Assembly: GCA_009379925.1 (NCBI GenBank)
Contig: WHSU01000003.1
Coordinates: 10,160 to 74,159, forward strand
Reading direction: 5' to 3'
From: Dehalococcoidia bacterium
Lineage (GTDB): Bacteria; Chloroflexota; Dehalococcoidia; UBA2979
Length of the DNA stretch: 64,000 nt
Shown: positions 32,789 to 40,978 of the stretch, in pieces
Numbering within the stretch: position 1 is the stretch's first letter
How the letters are laid out: each line of letters starts with the position of its first letter
Notes under the pieces: model-generated
The model's input: the letters and a program-made list of their open reading frames with translations, nothing else
Databases searched by the model: none
What the model was told of the DNA's origin: nothing
Made by a program: the position numbers and the translations under genes

Positions 32789-32838
32789 GACTCTCCTCGG
32801 TGGTCAGGCGTTGGTTGCGGGCAGGTCCGGGTGGGCGG

Positions 32839-33855
32839 TCAGCGCACGTCCTGGAGCAGCTGGCTCATGAGCGTCGACACGTAGCGGACGCGTGGAATGG
32901 TGCGCTCGTAGCGCATCCGCGTGGGTCCCACGACGGCGATGGTGCCCAGGGCGCCCTCAGCGTCGCCGTAGTTGGACACGACCACGCTCCAGTCCTGCAT
33001 CGTGTCATCCCCATGCTCGCGGCCAATCAGGACGCGCGTCGCGCCGCCCAGGTCGCCGGCGGCCGCATGCTCCAGCAGGCTGCGCACCCGGTAGGCCTCC
33101 AGCTGGCGCACGGCCTCCAGCATGCGGTCGACCGAGGAGAACTCCGGCTGTTGCAGCACGCTGCGCAGGCCGTCCAGGAACGTCTCTTCCGCCAGTCGCT
33201 CCTCGTCGATCAGATCCGACACCGCCCGCAACACCACCGCCTCGTCCGGCGGCAGGTCATCCGTCACTAGCGCGCGCACGGCTACCGAGTCCGCCCCCGC
33301 CACCCACATGTTCAGGCGCTGGGCGCGCTCCGTCAGCTGTGCCTGGTGCGCCGGCTCGCGCGCCGGCAGGATCCGCTGGCGCACGCGCCCGTCGTCCATC
33401 ACCGCCACCAGCAGCGTCGCCTCGCCGTGGAGTTCCACGAGCTGCAGGTGCTTCAGCCGGCTGCCGGTGGCCCGAGGCCGCGTGACCACGGCCACGTTGC
33501 CGACCGCGGCGGCAAGGATCGTCGCCGTCAGGCTCAGCCACTCGTCCAGCCCGCCGAGCACCTGGTGCAACTGGTGCTCGATCGTGCGCTGCTCGTCCGC
33601 CCCGACCGGCTCCTCCGCCATCAGCGACTCGACGTAGTGCCGGTAGCCGCGGTCGGAGGGGATGCGGCCCGCCGAGGTGTAGGGGTGCGTGATGTACCCC
33701 TCCTCCTCCAGGCGCGCGAACTCGTTGCGGATGGTCGCACTGGAGACGCTCAGGCGGTGCCTGTCCACCAGCCCCTTCGAGCTGACCGGCTCGGCCGTCC
33801 TGATGTATTCGCTCACCACCATTCGCAGAATGGCGGCGCGACGCTCCGTGAGCAC
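32839..33855 (-). CDS. hrcA: Heat-inducible transcription repressor HrcA
   Basis: MLTERRAAILRMVVSEYIRTAEPVSSKGL and SSATIRNEFARLEEEGYITHPYTSAGRIPSDRGYR. Confidence 0.95.
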   Translation of the reverse strand: MLTERRAAILRMVVSEYIRTAEPVSSKGLVDRHRLSVSSATIRNEFARLEEEGYITHPYTSAGRIPSDRGYRHYVESLMAEEPVGADEQRTIEHQLHQVLGGLDEWLSLTATILAAAVGNVAVVTRPRATGSRLKHLQLVELHGEATLLVAVMDDGRVRQRILPAREPAHQAQLTERAQRLNMWVAGADSVAVRALVTDDLPPDEAVVLRAVSDLIDEERLAEETFLDGLRSVLQQPEFSSVDRMLEAVRQLEAYRVRSLLEHAAAGDLGGATRVLIGREHGDDTMQDWSVVVSNYGDAEGALGTIAVVGPTRMRYERTIPRVRYVSTLMSQLLQDVR

Positions 33856-33869
33856 GGCTCACTCCTCCA

Positions 33870-33896
33870 TTAGCACTCTCACCTGAAGAGTGCTAA
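33870..33896 (-). promoter_or_regulatory. CIRCE operator (HrcA binding site)
   Basis: TTAGCACTC-N9-GAGTGCTAA is a perfect match to the CIRCE consensus. It sits 15 nt upstream of the hrcA start. Confidence 0.9.
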
Positions 33897-33906
33897 CTAT
33901 GCTCCG

Positions 33907-33935
33907 ATTGTATGCACGGCCCCCCACCGGGTCAA
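33907..33935 (-). promoter_or_regulatory. Sigma70-type promoter of the hrcA-grpE-dnaK operon
   Basis: Minus strand: TTGACC (33935-33930), a 17-nt spacer, then TACAAT (33912-33907). CIRCE begins about 10 nt downstream of the -10 element. Confidence 0.6.
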
Positions 33936-34198
33936 TCCGCGCGCCCCTCGACAGGTCCGCACGGCCGGTCGATCGAAGCGCCGCGCGGGCTCCCTCCGAA
34001 GCGCATGCGGCGGCCCCACGCGCCCCGGAGGAGCATCAAGACCCATCTCGCCTATACTCGGCGTCCGGGCGCCTCGCCCCGATGGCCCGAAGGAGACAGC
34101 GACGGCAGCTGGACGCGCGGCTCACGGCGGCGGGACACCGGGTAACCGGGCGACAGGCGGCACCTCCCACGGCAGCGGGCCCGGGGGGCGGCGGCCCG

Positions 34199-34737
34199 AT
34201 GAGGAACTGGCGCGCCGCGCTCTGACCGACCGCAGCGCCTTCTCCGAGCTGTACGAGGCGCACGTCGACCGCGTCTACCGGTACCTGCTCGCCCGCACCT
34301 CGAGCCCTACGGACGCGGAGGAACTGACGTCCCGGACGTTCCTGCGCGCGCTGGCGAACCTGGAGCAGTACCGCGCGCGCGGCGGTTTCGGCTCGTGGCT
34401 GATGACCATCGCACACAACCTGCTGGTCAACTGGTACCGCGACCGTGGCCGCCGCCCACCGACGGCAGACCTGGACGCGGCGATGCACATCCCCGCGTCC
34501 ACGCCAGGCCCTGAGTCGAGCCTGGAGGCGAATGAGCGCATCGCGCAGGTGCGCCGTGCGGTGGGCACACTCGCGCCGGAACGGCAGTTGCTGATCGCGC
34601 TGAAGTACGTGGACGGCCTGTCCAACGCCGAAATCGGACGTATGATGGGCCGCACCGAGGGGGCCGTGAAGGCGCTCCACCACCGCACGTTGCGTACCTT
34701 GCAACGCGAACTGCAACGTGAGCCCGGCGCCGAGTAG
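34199..34737 (+). CDS. ECF (sigma-70 family, group 4) sigma factor with an apparent 1-nt frameshift right after the ATG (possible pseudogene, assembly error or non-canonical start)
   Basis: Frame 1 encodes region 2 (EELARRALTDRSAFSELYEAHVDRVYRYLLAR...FGSWLMTIAHNLLVNWYRD) and region 4 (LIALKYVDGLSNAEIGRMMGRTEGAVKALHHRTLRTL). There is no in-frame ATG/GTG/TTG between the stop at 33871 and 34402. The ATG at 34199 is offset by one base. Confidence 0.65.
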
Positions 34738-34779
34738 GCCCCACCAGCGCTCGACGAGCCGGCGTCGAAGGGACCCCGC

Positions 34780-35814
34780 ATGACCGTGTCCGCCCGCATC
34801 ACCGGGACCGGCCGCTACCTCCCGGAGCGGATCCTCACCAACCAGGACCTGGAACGGATGGTGGAGACCAGCGACCAATGGATCCGGGAGCGCACCGGCA
34901 TCCGCGAGCGGCGGATCGCGGCCGACCACGAGACCTCCAGCAGCATGGGCGCCGAGGCCGCCCGCGCCGCGCTCGCCTCGGCCGAACTCGACCCACGCGA
35001 GGTGGACCTGGTGATCGCGGGGACCTGCACGCCGGACGGCATGTTCCCCGCCGTCGCCTCGCGCATCCAGTACGCCATCGGCGCCCCCCACGCGGCGGCC
35101 TTCGACGTGAACTCCGCCTGCAACGGCTTCCTCTCCGCCATCAGCACCGCGACTCAGTTCATCGGCACCGGCGCCGCGCAACACGCGGTCGTGCTGGGCA
35201 CCGAGACGATGTCACGCATCCTGGACTGGTCCGACCGCACGACGTGCGTCCTCTTCGGGGACGGCGCCGGCGCTGTGGTGCTGGAGGCCGCGCAGCCGGG
35301 AGAGCCGGGACGCGTCGAGGCGCCGCTGCTGCGCTCGGACGGCAGCCAGGCGTCGCTGCTGTACGCCACCGGCCCCTGCACCCCCGGCCAGGCCGGCATC
35401 GAGGCGGAGGCGCGGCTGGTCATGGACGGCCGCGCCGTCTTCCGCTCGGCCGTCAACGCGATGGCGGACATCTGCTCGGACGCGATCGCGGCCGCCGGTC
35501 TGACCGTAGACGACATCGCGCTGTGCGTCCCACACCAGGCGAACGAGCGCATCCTGGCGGCCACCGCGAAGCAACTGGGCCTGCCGATGGAGCGCGTCTT
35601 CATGAACCTGGACCGCTACGGCAACACGTCGAGCGCCACCATCCCGATCGCTCTGTCCGAGGCGAGCGACGAGGGCCGGCTCCAGCCGGGTGACCGCGTG
35701 CTCCTGACGGCCTTCGGCGGCGGGCTCTCGTGGGGCGCGATGGTGCTCGAGTGGTCCGGCGTGCGCGCGCCGCTGGCGACGGCAGCGGTGGCCGCGGGCG
35801 CCCGCGCCTCGTAG
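34780..35814 (+). CDS. fabH: 3-oxoacyl-ACP synthase III
   Basis: ITGTGRYLPERILTNQDLERMVETSDQWIRERTGIRERR, the NSACNGF active-site Cys, and PHQANERI / GNTSSATIP. Confidence 0.95.
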   Translation: MTVSARITGTGRYLPERILTNQDLERMVETSDQWIRERTGIRERRIAADHETSSSMGAEAARAALASAELDPREVDLVIAGTCTPDGMFPAVASRIQYAIGAPHAAAFDVNSACNGFLSAISTATQFIGTGAAQHAVVLGTETMSRILDWSDRTTCVLFGDGAGAVVLEAAQPGEPGRVEAPLLRSDGSQASLLYATGPCTPGQAGIEAEARLVMDGRAVFRSAVNAMADICSDAIAAAGLTVDDIALCVPHQANERILAATAKQLGLPMERVFMNLDRYGNTSSATIPIALSEASDEGRLQPGDRVLLTAFGGGLSWGAMVLEWSGVRAPLATAAVAAGARAS

Positions 35815-35841
35815 GCGACCCGCACGGTCCCCGGGCGGGCT

Positions 35842-36483
35842 CTACCCTCGCGACTCCAGCAGCACGATACGTAGCCCATCACCCAGCGTGCGACGGTTCA
35901 CCGTGAAGCGCGATACCGGCTCCTCGGCGGTCCCGCCCAGGCGCTCGACGAACGCCTCCAACTCGGGCGACTTGCCGTCGCGGCCGGGCTCGTAGGCCAC
36001 CGGGATCACGATCGTCGGCTCCAGCGAGCGCGTGACGCGTGCCGCCTGGTCCGCCGGCAGCCCGTCCTCGCAGCCGATCGGCATGAACAGGATGCCGAGA
36101 CCCGTCAGCTCCTCGGCCAGCGCCGACGGCGGCGCCATCCCCAGCCCACCAAGGTGCGCCAGACGCATCTCCTCCGCCTCGAAGATGAAGACGGTGGAAC
36201 GCCGGTCTGCCGATTCGACGCCCTCGATCGGGCGGAGTTGCGAGCGGAGTGCCTGGATCTGCACGCCGCTGATCTCATACTCGCCGGGGCCATCCAGCAG
36301 CATGGCCTCGCCTTTGACGCCCTTCACGTGGTTGTGGTGCGGGTGGTCATGGCTGACCGTGATGATCGAGCCGTCCGGCCGGCCCATGTCGTTGCCCGCG
36401 GACTTGTCCGTGGGGTCCATGACGACCGCGGCGTCGCGTGCGCGCATCCGGATCGCGGCATGCCCCAGCCAGGTGATGTCCAC
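35842..36483 (-). CDS. MBL-fold metal-dependent hydrolase (UPF0173-like)
   Basis: MDITWLGHAAIRM...VVMDP and SHDHPHHNH (HxHxDH-like motif). Confidence 0.8.
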   Translation of the reverse strand: MDITWLGHAAIRMRARDAAVVMDPTDKSAGNDMGRPDGSIITVSHDHPHHNHVKGVKGEAMLLDGPGEYEISGVQIQALRSQLRPIEGVESADRRSTVFIFEAEEMRLAHLGGLGMAPPSALAEELTGLGILFMPIGCEDGLPADQAARVTRSLEPTIVIPVAYEPGRDGKSPELEAFVERLGGTAEEPVSRFTVNRRTLGDGLRIVLLESRG

Positions 36484-36594
36484 GGCGCCTCCATGCCAGG
36501 GGACGAATCGAGGGTCTCCGAGGGGAGTGGCCTGATCCTATCGGCACCAGGTGTTGGGGGCGAGCGAGTGGACCGCTCGTTGGACTCGGGCCAG

Positions 36595-36756
36595 AGCGGC
36601 GCGCGCTCCGTTCATCCTGAGCCAGTCGAAGGACGCGCGCCGCGGCTCCTAGCCCAGGTAGCTGTGTGGCCCACCCTGACGTGACCCCTACGGCAGGGAT
36701 CCGCACCCGTCACCCTTCGGGCGACCCTTCGACAGGCTCAGGGCGAGCGGGTGCTC
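36595..36756. repeat. Composite ~160-nt repeat element (two inverted repeat cores flanking a spacer); copy 1
   Basis: agcggcgcgcgctccgttcatcctgagccagtcgaaggacgcgcgccgcggctcctagc ... ccgcacccgtcacccttcgggcgacccttcgacaggctcagggcgagcgggtgctc. It aligns end to end with the reverse complement of 47023-47147 apart from an internal insertion of about 35 nt. Confidence 0.85.
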
Positions 36757-36778
36757 CGTAGCGGCGGACGCGCGTCGT

Positions 36779-37852
36779 CTACGGCAGGAACCAGAGCGGA
36801 TCTTGGTAGGCGCCCCAGCGGCGGAGTTCGAAGTGGACGTGGGGGCCGGTCGTGCGGCCGGTCATGCCGATCCAGCCCAGGACATCGCCGGAGTCCACGT
36901 ACTGACCGGACACCACGTTGAATCCGGAGAGGTGCGCGTACAGCGTCTCGTAGCCGTCGCCGTGGTCAACGATGATGTGGTAGCCGTACGAACAGCAGGG
37001 GTTCCCGCCGGCGAAGGTCACCGTGCCGCCCTGGGCCGTGGTGACCGGCGTGCCCACAGGCCCCGCCAGGTCGATGCCCAGCGGGTGGCCCGGGCCGAAC
37101 GGCGAGGACAGCAGGCCGGCGACCGGCCAGCCCCATGCACCGGTGCCACCACCGCCACCACCCGGTTGGGGCACGATCGTGTCCGCGGGCGGCGGGGGCG
37201 GCGGAGGCGGAATCACGCCGCCGGGGACCAGGATCAGCACGTCGGGCGTCAGCAGGTTCGGGTCGTTCCGCAGCCCGTTCGCCGCGAAGCTGATGATGTC
37301 GTCCGAGTTCGCCTCGTACTGATCGGCGATGTCGGACACCGTCTCGTCGATGCGAACCGAGTGGATGATGCCCTCCACGCTCGGGATCTGGAGCCGGCTG
37401 CCGACCTCCAGCAGGTCGCTGTCCGTGATCACGTCGGCGTTGTTCCAGACGACGTAGTCGGTGCTCACATTGAAGCGCTCGGCGATCGAGTAGACCGTGT
37501 CACCTTCCTGGATCTCGTACTCGAAGAAGATCGGGATGCGGTCCTCCTGGACGCGCGCGGCTTCCACCACGCCGTCACCGGCGGACTGCGCCTGTTCCTC
37601 CTGGATCGCCGCCACACGCGCGTCGGTGCCGTCTGCGGCGTCGGGCAGCGCGTCCGCATCGACGGCCGGCGCCACGACGGTGAGCGGCTGGGCGCCGGCT
37701 TCCAGGTAGTCCGGGATGACCGCCCGGTCGGCGGAGGGGGCCAGGCTGGGGAGGGAGAGTCGGGAGACGGTGAGGACGGGCTGCGAGGGCGCGCCGGGGA
37801 CGGTGACGGGAAAGAGGCCGATGGCGACGACGAAGCAGAAGATCGCGCCCAT
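36779..37852 (-). CDS. LysM-domain M23 family peptidoglycan endopeptidase
   Basis: Two LysM-like segments (YEIQEGDTVYSIAERFNVSTDYVVWNN; HSVRIDETVSDIADQYEANSDDIISF). M23 motifs GIDLAG, YGYHIIVDHGDGYETLYAHL and GRTTGPHVHFE. Confidence 0.9.
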   Translation of the reverse strand: MGAIFCFVVAIGLFPVTVPGAPSQPVLTVSRLSLPSLAPSADRAVIPDYLEAGAQPLTVVAPAVDADALPDAADGTDARVAAIQEEQAQSAGDGVVEAARVQEDRIPIFFEYEIQEGDTVYSIAERFNVSTDYVVWNNADVITDSDLLEVGSRLQIPSVEGIIHSVRIDETVSDIADQYEANSDDIISFAANGLRNDPNLLTPDVLILVPGGVIPPPPPPPPADTIVPQPGGGGGGTGAWGWPVAGLLSSPFGPGHPLGIDLAGPVGTPVTTAQGGTVTFAGGNPCCSYGYHIIVDHGDGYETLYAHLSGFNVVSGQYVDSGDVLGWIGMTGRTTGPHVHFELRRWGAYQDPLWFLP

Positions 37853-38112
37853 CAGGCCGCCCCGCGTCAGCGGACGGTGGCGCTGCCTCGATTCGGATCC
37901 GGGGTGACGGCGGCTACGTAGCAGCGTTCGGCTACGACGCGGGGGGCGCGGTGTGGCGACAGTGCCTCGGATAGGACGTCCCTGCCCGCTCGCGGCCGAC
38001 GGCCGGCCCGCTTGATCACGGCAACTCCCCGCGCGTCCAGCCCGGGGAAGCGGCGAAAGCGTAACACGGTTCGCCGCCGTGATCGCCCTTTTATGGCATT
38101 TCCTGGGCGATC
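37853..38112 (-). promoter_or_regulatory. Candidate structured 5' leader RNA of the LysM-M23 peptidase gene (class unknown)
   Basis: Nested inverted repeats are present. There is an 8-bp stem 38081-38088/38105-38112. A 9-bp stem 38014-38022/38076-38084 encloses hairpins 38027-31/38043-47 and 38052-57/38070-75. CCCCG (37900-04) can pair with the CGGGG SD-like tract (37860-64) 8 nt before the ATG. Confidence 0.35.
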
Positions 38113-38221
38113 CGTGACATTGCCATTATCGGCCGGGAAAGCGCGATATCGAGGCCCCCGAGCAAGATCGAGGCCCTAGCGCGACTCCGCGAAGAATCCT
38201 GAGGAAAGGGGCAGATCGGAC

Positions 38222-39652
38222 CTAGATGACGTCCGTCTTGAGCGTGGAGAGGAACTCCTCGTTCGCCTTCGTCCGGGTGAGCCGCTCGATCACCCGCTCG
38301 GTGGCGTCGCCGCTCTGCTCCTCCAGCATCGAGGCCATGCGCCGCAGCAGCCAGATCTGCCGCGTCTCTTCCTCGCCGAACAGCAGGTCCTCGCGACGCG
38401 TGGACGAACCAAGGACGTCGATCGCCGGGTAGACGCGCTTCTCCGCCAGCCGGCGGACCAGGCGCAGCTCCATGTTCCCGGTGCCCTTGAACTCCTCGAA
38501 GATCACGTCGTCCATGCGCGATCCGGTCTCGATCAGGCAGGTCGCGATGATCGTGAGCGAGCCGCCCTCCTCGGTGTTTCGCGCGGCGCCGAAGAAACGC
38601 TTGGGCGGGTAGAGGGCAATCGGGTCCATGCCGCCGGAGAGCGTGCGCCCGCTGGTGGGCATGGCCGTGTTGTAGGCGCGCGACAAGCGCGTGATGGAGT
38701 CCATCAGGATCACGACGTCCACACCGCCCTCGACCAGGCGCTTGGCGCGCTCCAGGGCGGCCTCCGTGACGCGCGTGTGGTCCTCCACCGGCTCGTCGAA
38801 GGTGGAGGCGATGACCTCGCCGCGCACGGAGCGCTTCATGTCCGTGACCTCCTCCGGCCGTTCGCCGATCAGGAGGATCATCAGGTGGACTTCAGGATGG
38901 TTGGCGGTGATGCCGTGGGCCATGGACTTCAGCAGCATCGTCTTGCCGGCCTTCGGCGGCGAGACGATGAGGCCACGCTGACCGCGGCCCACGGGCGCGA
39001 ACAGGTCCACCATGCGCTGGCTGATCTCCCCGGCGTTCGTCTCCAGCCGCAGCATGCGGTTGGGGAAGATCGGGGTCAGCGTGTCGAAGTCCGGGCGGCG
39101 CTTGGCCTCTTCCGGGTCCATGCCGTTGACGGCCTCGACGCGCAGCAGCCCGTAGTACTTCTCGGACTCCTTCGGCTGCCGCACCTGTCCGGTGACGTAG
39201 TCGCCGGAGCGCAGCCCGAAGCGCCGGATCTGCGATTGCGAGACGTAGACATCGTTGGGGCCGGGGAGCAGGCGCTCGCCGCGGAGGAAGCCGAAGCCGT
39301 CGTCCACAACGGTGAGCACGCCGCCGGAGAAGATCGTTCCGTTGCGTTCTGCCTGCCGCATCAGGATGCGGAAGATCAGTTCGTTCGTGGGATATCCGGC
39401 CGCGGCCTCGACCTCGTAGTCGCGCTCGGCCAACTCGATGAGCTGTTCGCGAGGCTGCGCCTCGAGCTCTGCGATGTTGACCGCGGGGATGCTGGGGTCG
39501 GTGGGCCGCTGCTCGACTTCGCGGTCGCGCTGGTCGCGCGGGGCGCCGTTCGAGTAGCCACCGCGGCCGCCACGCCGGCCGGGGCGTCGGCGGGACTCAC
39601 TGGGTGCGTCTGCGGGCGCGCCGTCGCGCCCACGCGAGGAGGTACCTGTCAT
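38222..39652 (-). CDS. rho: Transcription termination factor Rho with an Arg/Gly-rich N-terminal extension
   Basis: [14 protein letters not shown] (RNA-binding domain), the [16 protein letters not shown]-loop, and [11 protein letters not shown]. The ATG at 39652 is preferred over the ORF start at 39709. The first ~70 aa are RG-rich ([16 protein letters not shown]). Confidence 0.95.
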   Translation of the reverse strand: MTGTSSRGRDGAPADAPSESRRRPGRRGGRGGYSNGAPRDQRDREVEQRPTDPSIPAVNIAELEAQPREQLIELAERDYEVEAAAGYPTNELIFRILMRQAERNGTIFSGGVLTVVDDGFGFLRGERLLPGPNDVYVSQSQIRRFGLRSGDYVTGQVRQPKESEKYYGLLRVEAVNGMDPEEAKRRPDFDTLTPIFPNRMLRLETNAGEISQRMVDLFAPVGRGQRGLIVSPPKAGKTMLLKSMAHGITANHPEVHLMILLIGERPEEVTDMKRSVRGEVIASTFDEPVEDHTRVTEAALERAKRLVEGGVDVVILMDSITRLSRAYNTAMPTSGRTLSGGMDPIALYPPKRFFGAARNTEEGGSLTIIATCLIETGSRMDDVIFEEFKGTGNMELRLVRRLAEKRVYPAIDVLGSSTRREDLLFGEEETRQIWLLRRMASMLEEQSGDATERVIERLTRTKANEEFLSTLKTDVI

Positions 39653-39794
39653 GTAGTAGGTCTTCGAATCAGTGTGCCTCAAGGGGCTTGAGAGGAGGTG
39701 CCGTCGCAAGCGGCTGTGTCATATCGTAGCGGAACCAGCCTTTCGCCACAAGTACGGATTTACCCGCATGTCCTGGAGGTGCGCCAGCGGCGCA

Positions 39795-40442
39795 TCAGAC
39801 CGGCGTGTACTTCGAGGCGTCCGCCAAGAATCGCTCGATGCCGGTGTCCGTCAGTGGGTGCTGCACCATCTGGTAGAGCACGGCGGGCGGGATCGTGGCG
39901 ATGTGCGCGCCGGCCAGGGCCGCCTCCGTCACGTCGCGCGGTCCGCGCAGGCTGGCGGCGAGCACCTGCGTCGGTAGATGGTACGTCTCGAAGACGGCGA
40001 CGGACTCGCGCACGATCTCCATGCCGTCCTGGCCGGCGTCGTTCAGCCGCCCGACAAACGGCGAGACGAAGGTCGCGCCCGCGCGCGCGGCGAGCAGCGC
40101 CTGATTCGCCGAAAAGATGAGCGTGGTGTTGACCTTGATGCCCTCCGCGCTCACCCGCTTGATCGCCTGCAGGCCGGCCTCGGTCATCGCGATCTTGACG
40201 ACCACGTTCGGGTGCCACGCCGCGATCCGCCTGGCCTCCGCGACCAGGTCGTCGGCCTCCGTGGAGATGCACTCGGCGGAGATGGGGCCATCGACCGTCT
40301 CGCAGATCTCCAGCACGCGGTCGCGGTACTCCACCCCCTCCTTCGCGACGAGCGAGGGGTTGGTGGTCACGCCATCAACGACGCCCATCGCGACGCCGCG
40401 CCGGATGTCCTCGATGTTCGCGGTGTCCAGGAAGATGCGCAT
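39795..40442 (-). CDS. tal: Transaldolase type 3B / fructose-6-phosphate aldolase family
   Basis: MRIFLDTANIEDIRRGVAMGVVDGVTTNPSL and VVVKIAMT (Schiff-base Lys); about 215 aa. Confidence 0.9.
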   Translation of the reverse strand: MRIFLDTANIEDIRRGVAMGVVDGVTTNPSLVAKEGVEYRDRVLEICETVDGPISAECISTEADDLVAEARRIAAWHPNVVVKIAMTEAGLQAIKRVSAEGIKVNTTLIFSANQALLAARAGATFVSPFVGRLNDAGQDGMEIVRESVAVFETYHLPTQVLAASLRGPRDVTEAALAGAHIATIPPAVLYQMVQHPLTDTGIERFLADASKYTPV

Positions 40443-40470
40443 TGCTAGCCTCCTCGCGGCGCCCCGTGGC

Positions 40471-40938
40471 CTAGAACGGCTTGAAGACGGGGAGCCAGAC
40501 CATCAGCGGAATCGTGAGTGCGATCAGCGTACCGAACACGAGCGGGACGTTGTCCGCCAGCGCGTCACGCAGGGCATCTGTCACTTCGCCCTGCTTGTCC
40601 GCCTGCAGCGCCAGCATCCGCACCCGGCGGAGGCCCACACCCATGAGCGGTACGAAGATGAAGACGTTGACGCCGGTCAGGACCTGGAGTCCCACCAGCC
40701 ATCCCGTCGTGATCACATTGTAGTCCGCCGCGGCAGCCCACGCGTATCCGGTGAACACGGTCGCAATGAGGCTCGGTAGCAGCCACGTCGCCTCGTGGCG
40801 CTGCGCGTCCGTGAGACGCATCGCCTTCCGCTCGACCCGCTCGTCAAACCACGCCTGCCACACCGGCAACACGGTGAGGGCGACGCCTGCGACGAACCAG
40901 AGGATGGCGAGCACGTGCAGGAACCGCAGGAACGTCAC
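40471..40938 (-). CDS. Integral membrane protein (four predicted TM helices; possibly DUF2269-like)
   Basis: 155 aa with hydrophobic segments FLHVLAILWFVAGVALTVLP, LLPSLIATVFTGYAWAA, WLVGLQVLTGVNVFIFVPLMG and LVFGTLIALTIPLMVWL. Confidence 0.55.
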   Translation of the reverse strand: MTFLRFLHVLAILWFVAGVALTVLPVWQAWFDERVERKAMRLTDAQRHEATWLLPSLIATVFTGYAWAAAADYNVITTGWLVGLQVLTGVNVFIFVPLMGVGLRRVRMLALQADKQGEVTDALRDALADNVPLVFGTLIALTIPLMVWLPVFKPF

Positions 40939-40978
40939 CGGCGCCTCGATGTCGTCGCTCGGCGGGGCAAGCCCCGAC

